A DNA stretch of 64,000 nucleotides from Trueperaceae bacterium (GTDB taxonomy: Bacteria > Deinococcota > Deinococci > Deinococcales > Trueperaceae), in NCBI GenBank assembly GCA_965213705.1, contig OZ243913.1, positions 1,440,001-1,504,000 on the forward strand, given 5' to 3'. The notes beneath the pieces are model-generated. The model did no database searches, had not been told where the DNA came from, and worked only from the letters and a program-made list of their open reading frames with translations. This document shows positions 8,666-18,372 of this stretch, one piece after another. Every line of letters starts with the position of its first letter. Position 1 is the first letter of the stretch. The position numbers and the translations under genes are program-made.

Positions 8666-10618
8666 TCAAATCAACCACAACCGCTCATAAGGCTTTAACG
8701 ACAGCGTCCCGTTCGCGTCCACAAACCTCTGCTCGAGCTGGTCGTACGGCTCGCCTAAACCGTAAAAGCGCAGCACGTCCGTGGACATTTCCTGCACCTC
8801 TTCGGTGAAGTTGTATATGCCGAGGAAGTTGCCCAAGGGGTGCCGCCGCAGGTAGGTAAACACGTGCGGGTGACCGGTCGTGACGATTTCGGTGTCGTAG
8901 CTTGAATTCAGGTGCGGCGTCCGTTTGCGCGCCCGCACGATGTGGGTGAGCCCGTAAAACAACCTAGCCTCGACCGAGCCTGGCTGGTGGCGCAGCAGCA
9001 CCCTGTCCCAGGGCATTTTGGGCCGGTGTAGCCAGCGGCTGTCCCCGGCCAGCTCGGGGTCGTCGGCGAAGTCATAGTCGTTCAGCAAACCCAGTTCGTC
9101 GCCCATAAAAATCAGCGGGAGACCGCCGAAACCGCAGATGAGCGCGTGGCCTAACAAGATACGCTCGACGGCGAAGGCGACGTCTTTCTGGTCGCGGTTT
9201 TCAACAGCGGTTTCCAACCCCGCCAAACTCGCAAAGGTGCCGGTGATGCGCCGGTCTTGCGTGACCGGGTTGAACTGAAACACGCCGCCCCTCGCGAACG
9301 ACCCCTCGAACCCCCCCGAGTAAAAGTCCGATAAAAACTTGCGGTGCAAGAAGCCGTTCAAACCGAGCGCCGCGGCGTCCTCGTCGGTGACGGCCCAACC
9401 GATGTCGTCGTGGCCGCGAATGTAGGTGCCCCAGGCAATCGAGGTCGGGGTGCGCGGAAACTCGGCGAGGGTGTGGGTCATGAGTCTCGTATCGCGGCTC
9501 GCCAGCGCCGACCAGAACTGCACCATGAGGCTGTTGTGGTAGGCGATGTTCGACACCTTGCCGTAGTGCCGCCCGACGCCGAAGTAGCGTACCAGGTCGT
9601 CCGGCGAGACGATGGCCTCGGCTTTGTGCGCGACCGCGGGCGTGGCGATGCGCGAGCAGGCGCGCAGGGCTTGCAGCAGGTCGTACACCTCCGTCTGGTT
9701 TTGCGAGTTCGTGCCGAGGCGCTTCCACAAAAACGCGACCGCGTCGAGTCGAAACACCTCGACCCCGCGGTTCGCCAGGTAGAACATGATGTCGGCAATC
9801 TCTAAAAAAACCTCGCTGTTACTCCAATTGAGGTCCCACTGGTACTCGTGAAACGTCGTCCAGACCCACTTGCCCATATCCGGGTAGTAGGTGAAGTTGC
9901 CCGGCGCGAAGTCGGGAAAAATCTCCGGCAGGGTTTTCTCAAAAGCGTCGGGTTCGGTTCTGTCGTCGTACATGTAAAAGTAGTCCTGATACTTTTTGTC
10001 GCCCGCTCGAGCCTTCAAAGCCCACTCGTGCTCCTTGGCGCAGTGGTTGAGGACTAAGTCGATGCACACGCTGATGTTGCGTTCGCGCAAACTCTGGCAG
10101 AGGTTTTCCAGGTCGTCAACCGTGCCGAGTTTGGGGTCCACGTCGCGGTAGTCCACCACCGCGTAGCCGCCGTCGTTCTCGCCCGCGCGCGGTTTGATGA
10201 CTTTCATGAGGTGGAGGTACGTCGCGCCGAGTTCTTCGAGGTAGTCGAGGTGGTCTTTAACGCCGTTCAAGGTGCCCGCGAAGCGGTCGACATAAAACAC
10301 GTAGCCCAACATCGACTCGCGCTGAAACCAGTCGGGCGTGAGGTCGCGCTCGATGTCGAGGGCCTTTAAGGTCTCGGGCCGGTCGCGGTAGGTCTCGGCC
10401 ATGCGCAGCAAAAGCTTTTCCATGAACGCTTCAAAGTCGCGTTTGCGGCCGTAAACCGGGTGAAGACCGTCGTAAAGGTTTTGGAAAAAGCGCTCCAAGC
10501 GCAGTGAAAACAGTTGCCGGTCACGGCTGGCGAGTTGGTTTAGGACGGGCTCGAGCGCGGGCAGCAGCGTTTCGTAAAGATGCCGCGCGTTGCGGGTGAA
10601 AAGTTGGACGTTCTGCAC
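8666..10618 (-). CDS. Amylosucrase / GH13 subfamily 4 glucosyltransferase
   Basis: DGGYAV, FRLDAVAFLWK (nucleophile), KAEAIV (acid/base), HDDIGW. Confidence 0.88.
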   Translation of the reverse strand: MQNVQLFTRNARHLYETLLPALEPVLNQLASRDRQLFSLRLERFFQNLYDGLHPVYGRKRDFEAFMEKLLLRMAETYRDRPETLKALDIERDLTPDWFQRESMLGYVFYVDRFAGTLNGVKDHLDYLEELGATYLHLMKVIKPRAGENDGGYAVVDYRDVDPKLGTVDDLENLCQSLRERNISVCIDLVLNHCAKEHEWALKARAGDKKYQDYFYMYDDRTEPDAFEKTLPEIFPDFAPGNFTYYPDMGKWVWTTFHEYQWDLNWSNSEVFLEIADIMFYLANRGVEVFRLDAVAFLWKRLGTNSQNQTEVYDLLQALRACSRIATPAVAHKAEAIVSPDDLVRYFGVGRHYGKVSNIAYHNSLMVQFWSALASRDTRLMTHTLAEFPRTPTSIAWGTYIRGHDDIGWAVTDEDAAALGLNGFLHRKFLSDFYSGGFEGSFARGGVFQFNPVTQDRRITGTFASLAGLETAVENRDQKDVAFAVERILLGHALICGFGGLPLIFMGDELGLLNDYDFADDPELAGDSRWLHRPKMPWDRVLLRHQPGSVEARLFYGLTHIVRARKRTPHLNSSYDTEIVTTGHPHVFTYLRRHPLGNFLGIYNFTEEVQEMSTDVLRFYGLGEPYDQLEQRFVDANGTLSLKPYERLWLI

Positions 10619-10765
10619 AAGGATTTATCATACAAGCTCAGCGCCACACCGCGGCGTGGAGAGTGTCGAAATTTCAGGATTCACATGCGTGACTTGCGAC
10701 GTTTTCGGTTGGGACGCTCGCTTTTGCTGACACTCGCAACTGCACAACATAGAATGGGGGCAGGT

Positions 10766-10991
10766 ATGTCCCAAGACTTCGACACTTACAAAGCGTCTCA
10801 AGAAAGAGATTGACAGTGAAGACGTTGTCGGCGATTTCAGCGAACGGGAAATCTGGTGGTGCCGGATTGGACACAACATCGGCTTTGAAGAAAATGGTAA
10901 AAACCGTCGGTTCTCTCGGCCGGTTCTCGTTTTCCGTAAGTTCAACAAGCGCTTTTTCTACGGATTTCCGTTGAGTACGAAGGGCTCCTTA
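10766..10991 (+). pseudogene. PemK/MazF-family toxin remnant, frameshifted near the N-terminus and cut by IS630
   Basis: MSQDFDTY then shifted frame KRLKKEID...FSEREIWWCRIGHNIGFEENGKNRRFSRPVLVFRKFNKRFFYGFPLSTK up to the IS end. Confidence 0.75.
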
Positions 10992-12107
10992 TACCAAGCT
11001 GCCCAGCTGACGTCACAGTTGCCCCACAGCTTGTTGCCACCAGGGGGAGTTGGTGAGCTTTCGAAGTGCGGCTGGGTTTTGATGGTAAGTGGTGAGCACA
11101 TCTGTCAAAGCGGCTTCCAGCGCGTCGAGGGAGTCGAAGAGGGTGTTGGCAAGGGCACGCCTGAATTCGAGAAACCACCTCTCAGCGGGGTTGAGTTCGG
11201 GACTGTAAGGGGGTAAAGCTACGGGAACAATGTTGGCTGGGATGTTCAAGTTTTGCTTGATATGGGCAGGGGCGTTGTCTCTAATGAGAATGAGGGTGTC
11301 GTCGGGGTTAGTGCCGACTGAGGTGCTGAAGGAAAAGCTCGAAGCAGTCGCCGTCTAAGCGCGGCAGGTATAAGCAGAAGTCTTCGCCCGTGGCAGGTTC
11401 AACTGCAGCATAAAGCCAGGTCCATTCGTACTTACGCCTAACGTTCCAAAGCGGCCTCACCCCTCGCGGACAGTAGCGCCGTTTGTGCCAAGCAATGAGT
11501 CCAAAGCGCGCTTCGTCCATAGCCAACACCCTCACACGCTGCTTTTTGTGGTTCTGAGGTGTTTGCGGCAGTTTCCCCTTCAACGCCTCAGCGAAGTTTT
11601 TTTGAACGTTTCTTGTACTTCGGCATCTGCTTTTTCATGGCGGTAACGGCCGGTCTTGGCTTTGATGTGGTGCCGTTTAAACAAACGAAGCACGCCTGTT
11701 TCGTCTTGGTAGTGAACATCGTGCTCAGCCAGCAGCTCCCGAGCTTGTTTGTAGCTAGCTATCTCGCCTGCTCCGAGTGCCTTTTGTAGCGCTTGCCAAG
11801 CCGCTTCGTTCACCCACTCACGACGCCCCCGCTCAGAAACGCGATTCTCCAGTAGCTCACCGAGTCCGCCCGAGCGGTAAGCGTTCAGCCAGCGGTGACA
11901 CTGCCTATAGCTGTAATTCAACTCAGCTGCTGCCCCCAAACTTCTGCAACGCCCGCTCTTTAGCAGTCGCAACATCTTGACACGCTGGTTCAGGTGACTG
12001 TAACGGTGCTGCTTCTCCAGCTCTAGTAGCTCAGTCTCGCTTTCCCCTATGACTTCTTGATAATTCAGGCGCATGAGCTACTATGACACGAAACGGGCAG
12101 GATGGTA
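10992..12107 (-). mobile_element. IS630-family insertion sequence, probably inactive
   Basis: Imperfect terminal inverted repeats TACCAAGCTGCCC / TACCATCCTGCCC, TA duplication at 10990-10991 and 12108-12109, HTH orfA plus DDE orfB. Confidence 0.9.
11013..12074 (-). pseudogene. IS630 transposase: orfA (11580-12074) and orfB joined by an A7 -1 frameshift; orfB broken by a 1-bp insertion near 11309
   Basis: DEARFG, DNAPAH and LPPYSPELNPAERW motifs; TAACCCCGAC where TAC CCC GAC would keep the frame. Confidence 0.85.
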
Positions 12108-12116
12108 TAAGACGTT

Positions 12117-12680
12117 TTAAGGTGACTCAGGAAATTCGGCAGGGAAAGAAACGAACAAAAGATCTCGCCTCTCTAAGAGCAATGTCTTTAAGGCACTCCA
12201 TTTCAGTTCGACCGTTACCTGCTGAGCTGTAACACCTATAGCATGGACACGTCCGCCCAATAGCTCAATTTGTGCTTTAAGCGGGGCATATACCGGAGAG
12301 CGCAGCTTTGCCACCGAGTCTGCCCAGGCCGCATAATACTCAGCTCGCCAAGCTGGATCGACAAATGTTTCCTGATTTCCAGGAGCTGGATCTATTCTGG
12401 GGTCCGCCAGATAGTCGAGGTAAGCCTGATCCGCCGCGAAGCATTGGGTCAAATCCACTGTAGTCTGGGTATCTTGTTGCGAGCCGGCGAGGTACGCCTG
12501 AAGGTGCTCAGATATTCTTGGGCTTAGTTTGCTTGTGATCGCAGGTGCGGTTACGGCGCAAACAGAAGGAGAATTCACCTTATACCAGCTCGCCTGGTCC
12601 TGGTCCATGTCCTCTAACGAGCTTCCGCACGCACTAAGCAACCCAGAGAGTAGGAGAACCATCACAAATTTATTCACCAC
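12117..12680 (-). CDS. Hypothetical lipoprotein, lower GC
   Basis: Signal peptide with lipobox LSAC. Confidence 0.6.
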   Translation of the reverse strand: MVNKFVMVLLLSGLLSACGSSLEDMDQDQASWYKVNSPSVCAVTAPAITSKLSPRISEHLQAYLAGSQQDTQTTVDLTQCFAADQAYLDYLADPRIDPAPGNQETFVDPAWRAEYYAAWADSVAKLRSPVYAPLKAQIELLGGRVHAIGVTAQQVTVELKWSALKTLLLERRDLLFVSFPAEFPESP

Positions 12681-12890
12681 GGACCATCCGTGCCAGTGTC
12701 TGTCGCAAAGTCGCTGCTCACAACCTCATCCTCTTTCTCTTCAACTAGCACCTGAGGTTAGTATATTCAGTCACTTCGCCAGCGCGAGAGAAATTTCGAA
12801 CGGATTTTGGACTAGTATCGACAACGACGTTATATAGGGTGCCACGGGTTTTCATCAGCCCAACGCCGATGGTATTTGCATAAGACCTGT

Positions 12891-14024
12891 TCATAAACGA
12901 ATGTTCAAAGCCCCTCGAGCCCCCAGCACCTTTTCCCTCGCCTCTTCAGCCGTGTCCCCCAGCGCCGTCACGTGCCCCATCTTCCGCCCGGCTCGGGCTT
13001 CTTTTTTGCTGTAGAGGTGCAGGTGAACATCTCGAGCCAGAACCTCAGCCCAGTTCGGTTCGCCTGTCTGCCACAGGTCGCCCAACAGGTTCGCCATCGC
13101 CGCGGCGCGTAGCGATTCGGTCGAGCCCAAGGGCAAGCCGCAGACCGCGCGGAGTTGCTGCTCGAACTGGCTCGTCGCGTGGGCTTCAATCGTCAGGTGT
13201 CCCGAGTTGTGAGGCCGCGGCGCGAGTTCGTTGACGAGGAGCGTGTCGTCGTGGGTTACAAAAAACTCGGCGCAAAGCACGCCGACGACGTTGAGGGTTT
13301 CCAGGACGGCTCGAGCGGTCTCGAGGGCCGTTTCGGCGACCTTGGGAGACACGTCGGCGGGGGCTGTGGTGACGTCTAAGATGTGGTTTTTGTGCTCGTT
13401 CGCCAGCACGCCGAAGTGATTGAGTGCGCCCGCAGGGTTGCGCGCCGCGACGACGGAAACTTCTTGCTTGAAGTCGATGAACCTCTCGAGAATCGCCTCG
13501 CCGCCGAGGTCGTCGTAGGCTGAGACCAGTTCGGCCAACGACGCCACGCGCCGCTGCCCCTTGCCGTCGTAGCCGAAGCCTGCCGTTTTGAGAACGGCGG
13601 GAGCGCCCACAGCGTCGAACGCGGACGCGAGGTCTTCCGCGCTGCGAACCATCCTGAACGGGACGACGGGAAAGCCGTTTTGCGCCAAAAACGTCTTTTC
13701 CCGCCCCCGGTTTTGGGTGACGTGCAGCACCTCGGGCGAAGGGTGGACGGGTGTCACGGCTTGCGCGGCAGTAAGCGTTGCCGCGGGAATGTTCTCGAAC
13801 TCGACGGTGAGCACGTCCACGCCGTTTGCAAAGGCGCGAACGGCGTCCAGGTCGTCGTAAGAGGAAACCAGCTCCAAGTCGGACACTTGTCCGGCGGGCG
13901 TGTCTTTGCCCGGCGAAAACACGTGGACCCGGTAGCCCATACGCTTCGCTTCAAAAGCGAGCATCCGCCCGAGTTGGCCGCTGCCGAATACGCCGAGGGT
14001 GGAGCCGGGTAAAACGGGGGTCAC
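12891..14024 (-). CDS. purK: N5-carboxyaminoimidazole ribonucleotide synthase
   Basis: [42 protein letters not shown] overlaps the purE stop. Confidence 0.95.
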   Translation of the reverse strand: MTPVLPGSTLGVFGSGQLGRMLAFEAKRMGYRVHVFSPGKDTPAGQVSDLELVSSYDDLDAVRAFANGVDVLTVEFENIPAATLTAAQAVTPVHPSPEVLHVTQNRGREKTFLAQNGFPVVPFRMVRSAEDLASAFDAVGAPAVLKTAGFGYDGKGQRRVASLAELVSAYDDLGGEAILERFIDFKQEVSVVAARNPAGALNHFGVLANEHKNHILDVTTAPADVSPKVAETALETARAVLETLNVVGVLCAEFFVTHDDTLLVNELAPRPHNSGHLTIEAHATSQFEQQLRAVCGLPLGSTESLRAAAMANLLGDLWQTGEPNWAEVLARDVHLHLYSKKEARAGRKMGHVTALGDTAEEAREKVLGARGALNIRL

Positions 14025-14512
14025 AGGGGAAGGACCGACTCGAGCACGCGCTGCGTTTGCGCTTCTCGGAATGCGCGCAACCGCTCGCGCAGTTCGGGGC
14101 GGGTGTTGGACAAAATAGCGACCGCCAGCAACGCCGCGTTCTTCGCGCCCGCCGCGCCAATTGCCAACGTGCCCACCGGAATACCGGCGGGCATCTGGAC
14201 GATGGAGAGGAGCGAGTCTTGGCCGCTCAGCGCGCGGCTCTGCACCGGCACGCCGAGCACCGGCACGAGCGTTTGCGCCGCGACCATCCCCGGCAGGTGC
14301 GCCGCGCCCCCGGCCCCGGCGATGATGATTTCCAAACCTCGCGTTTCGGCCTCTACGGCAAACTGCGCCAGGCGCTCCGGCGTGCGGTGGGCCGAGACGA
14401 CCGCGCACTCGTGCGGCACGGCGAATTCAATCAACAGCTCGTGCGCGTGCCGCATCGTCTCCCAGTCGGAGGTGCTGCCCATGACGACGGCGACGAGAGA
14501 TTTCGCATTCAT
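14021..14512 (-). CDS. purE: N5-CAIR mutase
   Basis: [29 protein letters not shown]. Confidence 0.96.
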   Translation of the reverse strand: MNAKSLVAVVMGSTSDWETMRHAHELLIEFAVPHECAVVSAHRTPERLAQFAVEAETRGLEIIIAGAGGAAHLPGMVAAQTLVPVLGVPVQSRALSGQDSLLSIVQMPAGIPVGTLAIGAAGAKNAALLAVAILSNTRPELRERLRAFREAQTQRVLESVLPL

Positions 14513-15501
14513 CGGCTTTCTACTTCTGCGGCTTCCGGCAGCACGTCTTGCACGGTCGCACGGCGCAAACGGTCGCGTACGGCCAACCACTCGGGTTCCT
14601 CAAGGACTTCTTCGACATAAATGTGTGTCAGGTTACGCGCGTCGAGGTCGCGCAACGCCGCGTAAAGACGGTGAGCGTAGCCCTCGGGGTCGGTGGGCAA
14701 AGTTCGCCACGGCCCTTTGACCCAGGCCGGCTCGAGCCGCTGCGAGAGAAAACCGACGCTCGCCGGCTCGGTGCGGGCAAGGTTGTCGACCTGTTGCGCG
14801 CTCACCAGAAAGCTCGGTGTGGTCGGGGCGTAGTGGCTCGGCAAACCGCCCGAAACCCTTGTCGCCGAGGTCGTGACGACCTCCGGCGCGTAGCCGAGCA
14901 GGTCTGTGAGCCGTTCGACCGAAACGCCGCCGGGCCGCAAGACTTTCGCCGCACCCGTGCTCAGGTCGAGGATGGTCGACTCCAGGCCGACTTCGCACGG
15001 CCCGCCATCGAGCACGAGGTCGACACTGTCCCCCAGTTCCTCAGCAACGTGCTCGGCCCGGGTCGGGCTGATGCGCCCAAAGCGGTTGGCCGACGGCGCG
15101 GCGACGCCCCCGCCAAAAGCGTTTAGCAAGGCCAGCGCTACCCTGTGACTCGGCACGCGCACACCTACCGTGTCCTGAGCGCCGGTGACGGCGTCGGGAA
15201 CCTGCGTGGAGCGTTTCAAAATAAGTGTCAGCGGGCCGGGCCAAAAGGCGTCGGTTAACTTGTAAGTAAGCTCGGGAACGTCTACCGTCCAAGTCTCTAA
15301 GTGCGCCGCGTCCGGCAGGTGGACGATGAGTGGGTGGTCGGCGGGCCGACCCTTCGCCGCGAAAACCTTAGCCACGGCTTCCGGGTTGAGCGCGTCCGCA
15401 CCCAGTCCGTAGACGGTTTCGGTGGGAAAGGCGACGAGCCGGCCCGCCTTCAACAGGTCGGCCGCGCGCGCTACGGCTTGCGGGGTGGGCTCGAGAATCA
15501 T
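14509..15501 (-). CDS. sua5: L-threonylcarbamoyladenylate synthase (Sua5 type)
   Basis: [28 protein letters not shown]-terminal SUA5 domain (HYAP). Confidence 0.93.
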   Translation of the reverse strand: MILEPTPQAVARAADLLKAGRLVAFPTETVYGLGADALNPEAVAKVFAAKGRPADHPLIVHLPDAAHLETWTVDVPELTYKLTDAFWPGPLTLILKRSTQVPDAVTGAQDTVGVRVPSHRVALALLNAFGGGVAAPSANRFGRISPTRAEHVAEELGDSVDLVLDGGPCEVGLESTILDLSTGAAKVLRPGGVSVERLTDLLGYAPEVVTTSATRVSGGLPSHYAPTTPSFLVSAQQVDNLARTEPASVGFLSQRLEPAWVKGPWRTLPTDPEGYAHRLYAALRDLDARNLTHIYVEEVLEEPEWLAVRDRLRRATVQDVLPEAAEVESR

Positions 15502-15516
15502 CAGGCAAAGCTTACC

Positions 15517-16779
15517 TTAGAGAACGAGGACAATCCGCAGGTCGTTGACGTTCGTGCCCGTCGGCCCGGTGACGAACAAGGTTCGAGCCTCTGCGAAAAA
15601 CGTGTAGCTGTCGTTGCGCGTCAGCAGCTCTCGGGCTCGCGCCCTGCCCACCAAGACCTCAGGCGTCACGAACGCGCCCGCGTTGTTTTCAATCCCGTCA
15701 ATCCCGTCGGTGTCCGCGGCGAGCGCGTAAACGCCCTCTAGGCCGTCCAGCTCCAAGGCCAACGCCAGGGCGAACTCACCGTTGCGCCCGCCGCGGCCCG
15801 GCCCGCGCACCGTCACCGTCGTCTCGCCGCCCGACAAAAGCGCACAGGGTTTGGTAAAGGGTTGTCCGTGCTGCACGACTTGCCGGGCAACAGCCGCGTG
15901 CGTCTTGGCGGCCTCCCGCGCCTCGCCAGTAACGCTGCTGCTCAAGACGTGCGCGGCGACGCCACGGGTCTCGAGAAACCGTGCCGCGGCCTCCAAACTC
16001 CGCTGAGCGTTGCCGACGAGAACGTTGCTCACCCGCTCGAACGCTTCGTCGCCCGGTTTCGGCGTTTCGGGGACCTCGCCCCGCGCGCCGGCCTCGAGAA
16101 AGGCCCTCGCGGCGGGCGCGTTTACGGCGTAGCGGTCCAAGACCTCCAAAGCGTCCGCAAACGTCGTCGCGTCGGGCGCGGTGGGGCCGGAAGCGATTGT
16201 TGAGAAGCTGTCGCCGACCACGTCCGACAAGATGAGCGTCACCACGCGCGCGGGCGCGGCGGCCGCGGCGAGCCTGCCGCCTTTGACGCGTGACAGGTGT
16301 TTTCGCACCGTGTTCATCTCGGCGATGTCGGCCCCCGAGCGGAGCAACTCGTGCGTGAGCGCAGCTTTTTGCGCCAGGGTTATGCCGGCGGGCGCGGTGA
16401 GCAACGCCGAGCCGCCCCCCGAAATAAAGCAGAGCAGCAGGTCGTCCGCGCCCAAGCCTCGAGCCAGCTCCAAAATTCGCTCGGTCGCCCGTCGTCCGGC
16501 CGCGTCCGGAACCGGGTGGGCGGCCTCGACGACCGCTATTTTTTGCGTCGGTACCGCGTGACCGTGGCGGGTGACGACGAGCCCTTCCAAACGCTCCAGC
16601 TCCGGTCCGTAACGCGCCTCGGCCGCCGCCGCCATCCTTGCCGCCGCCTTGCCCGCGCCGACCACGACCACTCGGCCTTTGGGGAGGTCGGGCAAGTACC
16701 CGGCCAGGTGCTTGCCGGGGTGAGCGGCGTCCACCGCGACGAAAAAGGTTTGCTCGAGCAGCTTCAGCGGCGGGGTCAT
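15517..16779 (-). CDS. Glycerate kinase type 2 (MOFRL/TtuD family)
   Basis: GAGKAA, HPVPD, ISGGGSAL, KGGRLA, GGETTV, GGRNGE, DTDGIDG, GPTGTNVND. Confidence 0.9.
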   Translation of the reverse strand: MTPPLKLLEQTFFVAVDAAHPGKHLAGYLPDLPKGRVVVVGAGKAAARMAAAAEARYGPELERLEGLVVTRHGHAVPTQKIAVVEAAHPVPDAAGRRATERILELARGLGADDLLLCFISGGGSALLTAPAGITLAQKAALTHELLRSGADIAEMNTVRKHLSRVKGGRLAAAAAPARVVTLILSDVVGDSFSTIASGPTAPDATTFADALEVLDRYAVNAPAARAFLEAGARGEVPETPKPGDEAFERVSNVLVGNAQRSLEAAARFLETRGVAAHVLSSSVTGEAREAAKTHAAVARQVVQHGQPFTKPCALLSGGETTVTVRGPGRGGRNGEFALALALELDGLEGVYALAADTDGIDGIENNAGAFVTPEVLVGRARARELLTRNDSYTFFAEARTLFVTGPTGTNVNDLRIVLVL

Positions 16780-16806
16780 GGTGGCTCAAGTGTACTTGAA
16801 GGAGGC

Positions 16807-16853
16807 AGTACCGAGTCCTGAGTACCGAGTTGAAAGTAGGTTCACTCGGTACT
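16807..16853. repeat. Heptamer-period palindromic repeat, copy 1
   Basis: AGTACCG AGTCCTG AGTACCG AGT...ACTCGGTACT; 37/41 identical to 51464-51504. Confidence 0.8.
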
Positions 16854-16892
16854 TTCCTCGAGCGCAACCTCGAAGTGCGTTACAATAGTCAC

Positions 16893-17177
16893 ATGTTCGG
16901 ACTTTTCAGCAGGCAAAACCCCAACTTTAAGGACGACGGCAACTTTCTGCTGGCTCGAGTCCGCACCAGCAAAAACGGCGAGACGATTTCCGTGCGCATT
17001 TCCAAAACGAGCGAGATGAGTCCGGCCCAAAACGGCTACTTCGTCCGCAAAGCGCTGGTGGGGCCGGAGACTTTCGACCAGGCCTCGCTGGAAATCACCA
17101 CCAACCGCAGCCACCGCGTCAAAATCGCCACGGTCGACGGTGGCGAGCTTATCCCGGTCAAAGAGTGGCGGGACTGA
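16893..17177 (+). CDS. Small hypothetical protein
   Basis: ATG 16893 preceded by TACAAT at 6 nt; host-like codons. Confidence 0.65.
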   Translation: MFGLFSRQNPNFKDDGNFLLARVRTSKNGETISVRISKTSEMSPAQNGYFVRKALVGPETFDQASLEITTNRSHRVKIATVDGGELIPVKEWRD

Positions 17178-17190
17178 GACAAACCGGTGT

Positions 17191-17670
17191 TCAGGGTGCA
17201 ACGACGCTGAAGTCGAACCCTTGCAACGCAATCCTGTCCGCCACGCGCACCCGGTTGGGGTTCGTTTCACGTCCGCGGTAAAGCTGAATGACGAGGGCGT
17301 AGTCTCCCGGTTTGGCCCGCTCGCGCAGTTTGAAACTCAGACCCGTGCTCACGCCTTCGCGCAGCGCTCGGCCTGAATAAGGAACACGGAACACGCTCTC
17401 TTTTTCCTGCGCCGTCGCAAAGACGAGGTGCGCGGCTTGCGGCCAACCCCGCGCGGCGTCCCGCTCGACGACGTTCAAAAACAAGACGCCCTCGTCAACC
17501 GTCTCCGCCGCGTCGCTCAAGGTGATGACAAAGTCGATGTCGGCGGTTTCGCCTTGGCGGTACGTGGCTTGGACATCTGTGGTGACGTTCAAAGTGACCC
17601 GGGGCGACTGGGCTTGCCCCAGCACGAAAAAAGTCAGGGCAAGGGTCAGACCGTAACGCGTTGGTTTCAC
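17191..17670 (-). CDS. Secreted hypothetical protein
   Basis: Signal peptide (..GQA/QS); beta-rich; TAAACT upstream. Confidence 0.65.
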   Translation of the reverse strand: MKPTRYGLTLALTFFVLGQAQSPRVTLNVTTDVQATYRQGETADIDFVITLSDAAETVDEGVLFLNVVERDAARGWPQAAHLVFATAQEKESVFRVPYSGRALREGVSTGLSFKLRERAKPGDYALVIQLYRGRETNPNRVRVADRIALQGFDFSVVAP

Positions 17671-17750
17671 GCTTAAAAGTTTAACGCGGTCGCGGCTCGA
17701 GAAACGTTAAACCTTGCACGAGCAATCCGCGCTTGAATCTAAGCACAGCG

Positions 17751-17834
17751 GTCATCCTGAACACGGCGCAACGGAGTGAAAGAACTTCGTCTTTGCCGCA
17801 CCGCCGCAAAATTTTCCGCTACCGCTCAGGACCA
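17751..17834. repeat. Degenerate REP-like palindrome (GTCATCCTGA...CTCAGGAC type)
   Basis: Resembles the widespread GTCATCCTGAGCG-AGCGAAGGA...TTCGCT-CGCTCAGGATGAC intergenic palindrome. Confidence 0.5.
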
Positions 17835-17885
17835 TCGGAAGTGTAGACGCAGGTAGCTTGCCTACAATAGCTTACCTACAAAGCG

Positions 17886-18269
17886 TCACTGCGCGCTCAC
17901 TAAGTCGGGCCGCAACCCCTTCGCTTCGCGCAGGTAGACGTGTTTGATGTTGGCCTGGATTTTTTGCGTGTTGACCTGCATGAGCACGCGCACAGCGCGG
18001 GGCAAGCGGCCGGGTACGGGAATTTCCTGGCTGCACATCAGCGGGACTGCGGTCATGCCGAGCCGCCGCGCCGCCTCCGCCGGAAAGGTGCTGGACAGGT
18101 CGGGCGTGGTGGTAAAAAAGACAGCGGCAAGTGTTTCAAAGTCGTCCAAGTCGTTTGCAGCGAGCATTGCTTGCAAAAGTTCTTCGGTAGCGTTCAAGAC
18201 GAGTTCGGCCTCGTCCCGCTCCACCGTCGTCGCCCCGCGGATGCCGCGCAGCCAATAGGGTTTGTCCAT
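17886..18269 (-). CDS. aroH: Chorismate mutase, AroH class
   Basis: RGIRGATTV, FTTTPDL..FPAEAAR, C.QEIPV, HVYLREA..LRPD. Confidence 0.93.
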   Translation of the reverse strand: MDKPYWLRGIRGATTVERDEAELVLNATEELLQAMLAANDLDDFETLAAVFFTTTPDLSSTFPAEAARRLGMTAVPLMCSQEIPVPGRLPRAVRVLMQVNTQKIQANIKHVYLREAKGLRPDLVSAQ

Positions 18270-18372
18270 AGCCGAGTCTACCAAACGCCGACGTTGCCAG
18301 GGGGCTCGAGCTTTATCTTCCTCTCGACGTACACAGCCGCTTTTCGGCCGCGGCACCTGCTAAACTGACCTT

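Noticed and set aside
12110..12232. C-terminal half of the PemK toxin beyond the IS630
   Set aside because: Removing the IS gives an open frame of about 40 codons, but it overlaps the lipoprotein gene antisense and has only vague similarity
12831..12876. Second IS630-like end (..CCGATGGTAT) near purK
   Set aside because: Only about 8 bp match the IS terminus; could be chance
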